Source: Candidatus Nanohaloarchaea archaeon (GTDB taxonomy: Archaea > Nanohalarchaeota > Nanosalinia > Nanosalinales > Nanosalinaceae). From it: 56,250 nucleotides of DNA. The stretch spans positions 1-56,250 of the forward strand of contig JBEQAY010000004.1 of the NCBI GenBank assembly GCA_041640075.1, in the 5' to 3' direction. A program made the translations under genes and the position numbers. A model generated the notes under the pieces. That model saw only the letters and a program-made list of their open reading frames with translations. It was not told the origin of the DNA and made no database searches. Below are positions 8,001 to 15,526 of this stretch, piece by piece (within the stretch, counting starts at the first letter, position 1; every line of letters starts with the position of its first letter).

Positions 8001-8390
8001 TTAAGCACTCTTCAACTCTATCTTGTACCCGAAAGGATCTCTGATGTAGACGCCGGGCCCTCTACCTGTAGCGCCGAGAGGATGCCCCTCTCTCAGGATT
8101 TCAATATTATTTTCCTCTAAAATCTCTTTCACGTCGTCAATTTTTTCGTTTAGGGTTACGCAGAAGTGATCAAAACTTTTTCCTGAAGGCCTCTGGAAAT
8201 TTTCCTTCGGCCGGATGTTGATGACTGCTTCTTCGCTTATCCTGAAGAAAAACGAGGTCCGCTCACCGTTCTGAAATTCTTCCAGCTTCATAGGTTCGAA
8301 GCCGAGAACTCGCTGGTAAAAATTTACAGCTTCATCAATTCCTTCTTCTGGTATCCTGATGTTGATGTGATCGATACCTTCCCCTTTCAT
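8001..8390 (-). CDS. VOC/glyoxalase family protein
   Basis: IDHINI, FYQRVLGF, DHFCV and YIRDPFGYKIEL motifs. Confidence 0.9.
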   Translation of the reverse strand: MKGEGIDHINIRIPEEGIDEAVNFYQRVLGFEPMKLEEFQNGERTSFFFRISEEAVINIRPKENFQRPSGKSFDHFCVTLNEKIDDVKEILEENNIEILREGHPLGATGRGPGVYIRDPFGYKIELKSA

Positions 8391-8449
8391 GAAAATTTAT
8401 GCGGCAACTGCGTGGAAAAATCTACTGGTTGAGAAATTTCTGTAAATTA

Positions 8450-8482
8450 GAAAGTAAAAGGAGAAAAGAAAAGTTGGGAAGT
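8450..8482 (-). terminator. T-rich terminator-like tract after rpl10
   Basis: The minus strand reads cttcccaacttttcttttctccttttactttct directly after the rpl10 stop. Confidence 0.55.
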
Positions 8483-8484
8483 TC

Positions 8485-9447
8485 TTATTCTTCCTCTTCT
8501 TCGGACTCGTCTTCTGAGTCTTCGTTGTCAGCTTCAGGTTCCTCAGCTGATTCCTCGTCATCTTCCTGAAGTTCTTCCTTTGCTGCTTCCAGATCGACTT
8601 CTGAGTCGACTGATTCTGCAGCTGATGCTGCGTAACTGACTGCTTCTTCGATTGTCTCTTCTTCTGGAAGTCCTTCGCTGATTGAGACGTTCTTCGCTTT
8701 CTGTGCTGCTTCGCTGATGATTGCCGGTGCTGTTGTCTCGTTGACAACTCCTGCGTTGACTGCAAGGTTGAATCCAGCTGCTGCAGCTGCTTCGATGTCT
8801 TCTCTGTATTCGTCGACGTCGATTGCGAGGTCGTCTGCTCTGAATATTTCTCCATCGCTGTATGCTACTACCAGGTCAAGTCCGATCTGGAGTGGTTCGA
8901 TTCCGATCTGGTTGAGGATTTCTGCGTCTTCCTCTGTAATCTCTTCACCTGCTTCCACGATGACTGAAGGTTCCTGTACGTGGATTGAACCGTCCTGTAC
9001 CTGGACCTGTGCTCCTGCCTGCTGGAGTTTTCCAAGCATTGGGCCTGGCCCGATTCCTGTGTCTCCTTCAGGGATTTCGATGTCGTTAGGTGCGATCTCT
9101 CCTCCGTCGGCAGCTGCACTCGTCTGGTTCTCCTGGATCAGCTGGTATAGCTGGAACGGGTCTTTCTCGGAGAAGATGAATGCTGGCTGCATCGCTTCAT
9201 CTGTATCAAGCTGGTCGATTCCTTCTTTCTCAGCGTTTCCGAGTGCGATGTTCATCAAGGTCTTCCTGGACATCTTGATGTCAGCGAACTCCTCGATCTC
9301 TGACTCGATCTCTTGAAGCTGACGTGCTGGAAGGCTCTGCATGTCAAGGATTCCGATTACATCGTAGTCCTCAAGATCTCCCCCGAATTCTTCGACCTTT
9401 GCTTCCTTCTGCTCACGTGTCAGATTCTTTGGGGTTGGCTGCACCAT
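8485..9447 (-). CDS. rpl10: 50S ribosomal protein L10/P0
   Basis: LPARQLQEI, GEIAPNDIEIPEGDTGIGPGP, acidic C-terminal tail; operon position. Confidence 0.97.
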   Translation of the reverse strand: MVQPTPKNLTREQKEAKVEEFGGDLEDYDVIGILDMQSLPARQLQEIESEIEEFADIKMSRKTLMNIALGNAEKEGIDQLDTDEAMQPAFIFSEKDPFQLYQLIQENQTSAAADGGEIAPNDIEIPEGDTGIGPGPMLGKLQQAGAQVQVQDGSIHVQEPSVIVEAGEEITEEDAEILNQIGIEPLQIGLDLVVAYSDGEIFRADDLAIDVDEYREDIEAAAAAGFNLAVNAGVVNETTAPAIISEAAQKAKNVSISEGLPEEETIEEAVSYAASAAESVDSEVDLEAAKEELQEDDEESAEEPEADNEDSEDESEEEEE

Positions 9448-10067
9448 CAGTTATCAACCTCCACTGATGGACCCATAGTGGTCTTTATCATCACGTTTTT
9501 GATGTTGTTCCGACCATCTGGAAGGTTCTCCTCTACGAAGTTGTAGACTGTGCTTGCGTTTCTTGCTACTGAATCAGCGTCGTGATCCTCCTTCCCGACC
9601 TTGATCTGGAGAAGAGGCTGTTCCTTGACTGTCAGTGAAACTGTGTTTCTCAATCCCTCGATCTCGTCTTCAAGGTCGCTTCCAGGAGGTGTTGGATCCG
9701 GCATCATGTTGCGCGGTCCGAAAACCTGTCCAAGCTGCTGTCCGATCTTAGGCATCAGTGGTGCCTCTGCGATAAGGAATGTAAACTCATCTGCAAGTTT
9801 CTTTGCCTTGTTAGGTTCATCGAACATCTCCTCAAGTTCGTCCTCGCTGATATGTCGATCAGCGTTGTCTCCGCTTAGAGAGTCTCCGATGACTGCGATC
9901 TTGATATCCTCATCTGCCTGATTCGGCAACTTGACGTCGTCGTTGATCCTGTTGTTAGGATCTGAAAGATCCAGTCCACGGAAGTTCATGATCAGATCGA
10001 TGCTTTCTGTGAAGTTCCTGTCTTCACTGTTCTCTACTGCTTCCTCTACTGCTTCTTCAAAATTCAT
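9447..10067 (-). CDS. rpl1: 50S ribosomal protein L1
   Basis: RNFTESIDL, LGQVFGPRNMMP and IKTTMGP motifs. Confidence 0.97.
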   Translation of the reverse strand: MNFEEAVEEAVENSEDRNFTESIDLIMNFRGLDLSDPNNRINDDVKLPNQADEDIKIAVIGDSLSGDNADRHISEDELEEMFDEPNKAKKLADEFTFLIAEAPLMPKIGQQLGQVFGPRNMMPDPTPPGSDLEDEIEGLRNTVSLTVKEQPLLQIKVGKEDHDADSVARNASTVYNFVEENLPDGRNNIKNVMIKTTMGPSVEVDN

Positions 10068-10079
10068 TCTTTGTCACCT

Positions 10080-10580
10080 CTAGTTGAGGCCCTCCGCGGC
10101 CTCGATTTTATCGTCGTATTTTCCTTCAGATACTTCCTGCTGGAAATCATAGGCATCTTTGCCGTCGATCTGAACTCCCATCGACTGAGCTGTACCTGCG
10201 ATTTCCTTGATTGCTCCACGCAGATCCTTCGCGACTAAGTCGGAAGCCTTCATGCGTGCAACTTTGCAGAGTTGGTCAAAGGACATGTCAGCAACCTTTT
10301 CGTTGTTAGGTTCTGCTGCTCCTGACTCGATGCCGACCTCTTCCTTGATTAGGCCTGCTGCAGGAGGTTTTCCCACTTCTACTTCGAAATCGCCTGTTTC
10401 CTCGTCTACGATGACGTCTACAGGTACTTCCTGTCCTTCAAACTCTGAAGTTTTTTCGTTGATTTTGCCGACCACTTCTCCTACGTCTGTAGGGAGTGGT
10501 CCTAGTTCTGGTCCTAGCGGAGGCCCAGCGGATGCTGATCCTCCTTCTACCAATGTGCTGATGGTAGTCTTGTCTCCCAT
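10080..10580 (-). CDS. rpl11: 50S ribosomal protein L11
   Basis: GGSASAGPPLGPELGP and GTAQSMGV motifs. Confidence 0.97.
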   Translation of the reverse strand: MGDKTTISTLVEGGSASAGPPLGPELGPLPTDVGEVVGKINEKTSEFEGQEVPVDVIVDEETGDFEVEVGKPPAAGLIKEEVGIESGAAEPNNEKVADMSFDQLCKVARMKASDLVAKDLRGAIKEIAGTAQSMGVQIDGKDAYDFQQEVSEGKYDDKIEAAEGLN

Positions 10581-10628
10581 AATATCTTTTCCTCGTGTTT
10601 GTTGATTTAAGTTAAGTTTTAGTTGGTT

Positions 10629-11066
10629 TTAGCTTTGACTTGCTTTCTTCCGCACCATGTCCGCGTCCACTGTTGTTGGGATTGGTACTGCTGCGTCGAG
10701 AAGCTCGATTGTGACTTCTCTGTTGGTTTCGTCGACTCGTGTGATCTGTGCTTCTTCGCCTTTGAAGGCTCCGCCGATGACTTCGACTTCGTCTCCTTCC
10801 TCGATCTTGATCTCTTCCTGCTCGTCGCTCAGGTATTTCTCGATTTCGTCTACTCCTACTTCCTCGTCGATGATGCCATTGATGTTTCTTACCTCTCCGA
10901 CCAGATCCTTGATGTCTGCTTCCTTTCCTTCAAGGAAGATGTATCCTTTAAGGTCGTCTGGGTGGAATACAGCTTTGATGTCTTTGTCGCTATTCTTGAT
11001 TTTACTTCTAAGCGCGTTGATGGCTGTTTTCTCTCTTCCACGTGTGGTTCGGGCGGTAAGTATCAT
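10629..11066 (-). CDS. spt5: Transcription elongation factor Spt5 (NusG)
   Basis: NGN domain (LKGYIFLE) plus KOW (GDEVEVIGGAFKGE); operon position. Confidence 0.95.
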   Translation of the reverse strand: MILTARTTRGREKTAINALRSKIKNSDKDIKAVFHPDDLKGYIFLEGKEADIKDLVGEVRNINGIIDEEVGVDEIEKYLSDEQEEIKIEEGDEVEVIGGAFKGEEAQITRVDETNREVTIELLDAAVPIPTTVDADMVRKKASQS

Positions 11067-11073
11067 TCTGTGA

Positions 11074-11298
11074 TCATCCCAGTAGTTGAGGTATTAGGTT
11101 GGATGCGAGGTAGAACAGAAAACCTATTGCTCCGATTATAACCATGCCTGCACCAGTGACCTTGGCGCTCATGGAGAATTCTTCTCTGTCAGGTTTCTCC
11201 GTAATCTTCAGGACTCTTTTGGTCTCCTTGATCCTGTCTACAAGGCCTTGTTTCTGTTCAAGTATGTATTCTTTGATGTTTTCTATGCTGAAATCCAT
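11074..11298 (-). CDS. secE: Protein translocase SecE/Sec61-gamma
   Basis: RVLKITEKPDREEF followed by a TM helix; lies upstream of spt5. Confidence 0.93.
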   Translation of the reverse strand: MDFSIENIKEYILEQKQGLVDRIKETKRVLKITEKPDREEFSMSAKVTGAGMVIIGAIGFLFYLASNLIPQLLG

Positions 11299-11477
11299 AG
11301 GTTTGAGTACACCCTCGCAATTTCTGGTTAGAAGTAGAACTAGGTGTTTATGGACCTAATTCCCTTCCACCAGAGGTGGTATTTAACGGGTTTAAGATAC
11401 GTAGTTAAGGCAATATTTATAAGCGGTTCTCTTAATGCCGACGATTCCCACGATTTGTGAGTACTCTATTAAAAAAT

Positions 11478-12347
11478 TTAAACATGGTTTCTATTGTAAA
11501 AGTGCTCGTACACAGCTTGGCTCCGGATGTGGTTTGAATCGGTTATGTATACTGTAGGGGTCTCTCCTGCTGTTTCTAAGCTGTGGTCGGACGAAAAGTC
11601 TGCATCGATTTCTCTTACTTGACCTTCTTTGTCTATAACCATGTGATTTCCAAATATCCTTTCTGTCGAAGGCGAGTTCATGTAAGTATCGAACACAACT
11701 CTCTTACCTCCGCCAGTTTCCAGAGGAAGTTGGCTAGCCAATCCCGTATCTTCTTCAGTGCCCATGTCCAGTGCTCTGGATATCATACTTAATGCGCTAT
11801 GATAGTCCAGGTCATCGAACCTGAAGAAAGCATATCTTGGTTCTGAGTCTACTAAACTCTCATTCTCTGTTCTCGCTCCGAGACCCCAGTTGCCGAGGTC
11901 GATCTCGTAGACGGTTTTTTGGTCTCTCTGATCGATATCTAACTCCTTTCCGAACTCTTCAGAAAGCCATTCAAGCTCCTTAACTGCTCTGAATCCTTCC
12001 TTAACATGTCTTCTACCCGAAAATTTCTCTGGGATACCCTCCTCTATATCCTCCCAGAACTCTGACCAAACGCTGTAGTTGTGAGGCGCCCGTCCACGGT
12101 TTTCTACCAATTTCTTCTTCTGTCGCTCAAAGTCATAGGGCTGAAGCATCTTCGATAATATGCCGGTGGTATTCTCGTAACCTCTATCTGCCCATCTCTC
12201 CAGGTCCGATTTTGAGCTTTCTAAGAGCTCCTCCTCTATATTATCTGGCCAGTCTCCTGAAAGATACCTCTCAGAGACTTCGAATACACCCATACCTCTG
12301 ATCTGCTCAACTGTTTCAGGAGCGGCTTCAATCCAGTCCTGGTTCAT
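11478..12347 (-). CDS. Hypothetical acidic protein
   Basis: 289-aa ORF with a TATA-like element upstream; no recognisable motif. Confidence 0.7.
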   Translation of the reverse strand: MNQDWIEAAPETVEQIRGMGVFEVSERYLSGDWPDNIEEELLESSKSDLERWADRGYENTTGILSKMLQPYDFERQKKKLVENRGRAPHNYSVWSEFWEDIEEGIPEKFSGRRHVKEGFRAVKELEWLSEEFGKELDIDQRDQKTVYEIDLGNWGLGARTENESLVDSEPRYAFFRFDDLDYHSALSMISRALDMGTEEDTGLASQLPLETGGGKRVVFDTYMNSPSTERIFGNHMVIDKEGQVREIDADFSSDHSLETAGETPTVYITDSNHIRSQAVYEHFYNRNHV

Positions 12348-12585
12348 ATATCATGTTGTCAGTACTCGGATTTTAAGAGTTTTTGTTATGCTTCGATGAA
12401 AAAAGCTTTCTCGAGCCATAGAAAAGTCAGAATATTTCTATTTCAGAGAACAGTCTCTGGTTGCCTCCGTCACCAGTAGGGGAGAATCCTAGCACAGCGT
12501 TGCTAACCATATCAAATCGGCAAGTGCTTCGAGAAAAATTGTAAAAATAAATAGTGAAAATAGGAGAAAAAGAGTGTAGAGCCCC

Positions 12586-13677
12586 TTAAATGAATTCCAC
12601 TCCAAGCTCTTCCTCGATCTCGTCCTCGTACTCATCTGAGTGAGTTTTCTCTGGCCCGTAGATCTGAGGTGAATCTACTCCTGTGACGATGATCATTGCC
12701 TGTAGTGAGTCATCCATGTCTTCTCTTACCTGTGCTCCCCAGATGATCTTGGCAGAGTCAGATAGCTTTCCGGAGACTGTGTTGACGACTTCCTGTGCCT
12801 CATTTAGGGAGAGGTCGGTTCCTCCATTGACGTTCACGAGCGCTCCTTTACCGCCCTCTATGTCTACGTCAAGTAATGGGTTCTGAAGTGCTTTCTGCAC
12901 TGCTTCGGTTGCACGACTGTCTGTATCTGACTGACCCATTCCGATCATTGCGATTCCTCCTTCTCCCATGACTGCTCGGATGTCTGCGAAGTCCAAGTTG
13001 ACCAGGCCAGGTTTTGTAACCAGTTCTGTTACGCCTTTGACTGCGTTTACAAGGATCTCGTCTGCAATCTTGAAAGCTGTGTTGAGTGATACGTCTGGAA
13101 CGATTTCTAGAAGCTTGTCGTTTGGTATTACGATTAGAGTATCTACTACTTCTTCTAGTCTTTCAAGTCCGTACTCTGCGTTTTCCTGTCGGCTCTGACC
13201 TTCCATCTCGAAAGGCAGTGTTACGATTCCGACAGTTAGAGCGCCCTGTTTCTTTGCTTGCTCCGCAATAACTGGGGCTGAACCTGTTCCGGTTCCTCCT
13301 CCGAGTCCACAGGTGATGAAAACCATGTCTGCTCCGTCGATAGAGCTCTTAACTTTCTGCTGGCTTTCCTTTGCTGATTCCTCTCCTACCTTTGGGTCAG
13401 CTCCTGCTCCGAGTCCGCCTGTCAGTTCCTTTCCGATCAGGACTTTTTTGTCGGCATTAGCGTATAGAAGATCCTGTGCGTCGGTGTTCATCGCGATAGT
13501 TTCGCATCCTTCAATCCCGACGTCCACGAGGCGGGATATAGTATTGTTTCCGGCTCCTCCGGTTCCTACGACCTTGATCTCGGCCTTCCTCTTCTCAATA
13601 AGGTCCTCAAGCTCGCTGTCGATGTCGTGGTTTTGGTTTCCTGATCTGCCAGCGTTGTGAGCCTCGTTCTGATTCAT
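12586..13677 (-). CDS. ftsZ: Cell division protein FtsZ (FtsZ1-like by context)
   Basis: [15 protein letters not shown] tubulin signature, NLDFAD; upstream of secE. Confidence 0.98.
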   Translation of the reverse strand: MNQNEAHNAGRSGNQNHDIDSELEDLIEKRKAEIKVVGTGGAGNNTISRLVDVGIEGCETIAMNTDAQDLLYANADKKVLIGKELTGGLGAGADPKVGEESAKESQQKVKSSIDGADMVFITCGLGGGTGTGSAPVIAEQAKKQGALTVGIVTLPFEMEGQSRQENAEYGLERLEEVVDTLIVIPNDKLLEIVPDVSLNTAFKIADEILVNAVKGVTELVTKPGLVNLDFADIRAVMGEGGIAMIGMGQSDTDSRATEAVQKALQNPLLDVDIEGGKGALVNVNGGTDLSLNEAQEVVNTVSGKLSDSAKIIWGAQVREDMDDSLQAMIIVTGVDSPQIYGPEKTHSDEYEDEIEEELGVEFI

Positions 13678-13829
13678 AATTTAGCAACCCTTGTCCTGTA
13701 GAAAGTGTTATCACCAACGTATATAAAAATGGCTAAAATCTGGTGTTGAACTGTTTTCAAAGGCCTCAGACCGGATTGAAAAACTGGAGCTCTTCTGGAA
13801 AAATTCCTGAAGGATAAGGTGGAGTAGTT

Positions 13830-14477
13830 TTACTCCTGGATTTCGACTTCTTCAAAACCAGTATTTTCCAGGATTTCCTCTCTGATTTCTTCCTTGACGT
13901 TTTCCGGTAATTGGTGGTCGTGGTCTTCAATGTCGTGATCGATTACCACGGTATTGTCTTCGAACTCTATATCTCCATGACCGAGCCTGTACTTGAAGAT
14001 CTGCCTGGCTTTTTGCTCGTCGTCCTCAACTTTTTCCAGAACCTCTACATCGTAGAGAAGGTCTTTTCCGGAGAGAGGATGGTTAAAATCAACTCTTACT
14101 CGTCCTGAGCCTTTTGAAAGAACTTTACCCTGTCTGTTTCCGACCATTATCTTGTCGCCTACTCTTACGTTGACGTCCTGTTTCTTGAACTCTCTTTCTG
14201 GGTATGTCTGGATCTGGTCGCTGTCTCTTTCCCCGTAGGCTTTTTCTGAAGGTATATCTATATCTTCTCTTGATTCTCCGACTTTCATGTCGAGCAGAGT
14301 TTCTTCAAGGCCTTCGATGACGTACCCTGATCCTAGCAGGACTGGAACTGGTTCATAGTCCATTCTCTCGCTGTAAACTCCTTCTTCTTTTGCTGTTTCC
14401 TCGTTTGAGATATCGAAGATATCCCCGTCTGAGGTCTTTCCAACGTAGTCAATTAGGATCAGGTCGCCTTCTTCCAT
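13830..14477 (-). CDS. slyD: FKBP-type peptidyl-prolyl isomerase (long archaeal SlyD-like)
   Basis: IPSEKAYGERD and VDFNHPLSGK motifs. Confidence 0.92.
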   Translation of the reverse strand: MEEGDLILIDYVGKTSDGDIFDISNEETAKEEGVYSERMDYEPVPVLLGSGYVIEGLEETLLDMKVGESREDIDIPSEKAYGERDSDQIQTYPEREFKKQDVNVRVGDKIMVGNRQGKVLSKGSGRVRVDFNHPLSGKDLLYDVEVLEKVEDDEQKARQIFKYRLGHGDIEFEDNTVVIDHDIEDHDHQLPENVKEEIREEILENTGFEEVEIQE

Positions 14478-14542
14478 AGTTTATCCACTTACAGTTACAG
14501 GAACGCGTTTAACATTTAAGAGTGCTTTACATACCGAGAGTT

Positions 14543-14812
14543 ATGGGTTGGATGGATCAATTACCGGAAAAACTCAGGATTTCACTTGAAAAAATTCTTG
14601 ACATGACCAACAGACATGAAGAGGCCTACATGAACGCTGAGAACGCTTCTGTCGGCCAGCTGTGGGTTGCGATCGCACACCTCAATCAGCAGGTAGAAGA
14701 CTTGGAGAATATTGTCAACGCCCAGAGAAAGGCACTGAACAATCTTGACCAGGATGTCAACGTAAACCAGCACCTGGACAGCAATCTTGAAGAGAGTCTG
14801 AAACGATACTGA
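14543..14812 (+). CDS. Small coiled-coil hypothetical protein
   Basis: ATG at 14543, about 27 nt after tttaa; heptad pattern LNQQVEDLENIV. Confidence 0.7.
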   Translation: MGWMDQLPEKLRISLEKILDMTNRHEEAYMNAENASVGQLWVAIAHLNQQVEDLENIVNAQRKALNNLDQDVNVNQHLDSNLEESLKRY

Positions 14813-14839
14813 AAATACTGGCTCTTCGTGATTTTTCTA

Positions 14840-15526
14840 TTAGATATAGGAAAGGTCTATGGTCTCAAGCAGCGAATCCATGATTTCCTTCTCTTCATCG
14901 AAGTTCTCAATGAATTCGTGGGGGAATCCGTCATAGTTTTCCTCTATGAAACTGTGGATTCTCTCGGCATCTCTTCTGTATCTATCTTCAGTGAGCTGTA
15001 AAGGATCTTCCTGAATGTAGTTTACAGCCTGTAAAACCTCTAGGTGTGGATCCGGATTTTCGTTGATGTATCCTGCTATCTGGTTCCATGAAGGATTTTC
15101 TCGCTCACCAAAACTTCCGAGAGTCGCTAAAAGCGCGGCATAGTCATCATAGAAAAATTTTCCAGGAACCTTCTCGTTGAAATCCGGCTCCATGTCAGGT
15201 TCACCGCCAGGATAGTCGATGAACGTAGGAGATTCATTTTCCAGCATTTCCTCCAGATCACCGTCATATAGCTTCTCCAGTTTCTCTCTTTCAGAGAGAG
15301 CGGCTCTCATGTTTTCCTGACTGAGGTCTACATGCATGTCTTCATCGTTTGAGAAGATTTCAGCGACCTCTCCTGCCTGAAGTAAAAGCAGTTCGTCCCG
15401 AATATCTTCCTCAAGTTCCTCTTCAATTGTGGAGCGAGGAACTGCCATCCTCTGACCGTTTTTGTAGAAACTCTGTCCTAGTACAGCCAGCACGCCTGAA
15501 AGTTTTCCAGGATCTACCTGGGACAT
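14840..15526 (-). CDS. Hypothetical protein with two internal wHTH-like repeats
   Basis: Abuts the leuS stop; the two halves share LAxLGxF...LQA...YDGxxxExxEN. Confidence 0.7.
   Translation of the reverse strand: MSQVDPGKLSGVLAVLGQSFYKNGQRMAVPRSTIEEELEEDIRDELLLLQAGEVAEIFSNDEDMHVDLSQENMRAALSEREKLEKLYDGDLEEMLENESPTFIDYPGGEPDMEPDFNEKVPGKFFYDDYAALLATLGSFGERENPSWNQIAGYINENPDPHLEVLQAVNYIQEDPLQLTEDRYRRDAERIHSFIEENYDGFPHEFIENFDEEKEIMDSLLETIDLSYI

Noticed and set aside
8397..8855. 152-aa Gln/Lys/Ser-rich ORF
   Set aside because: It is an alternative frame of the rpl10 acidic tail.
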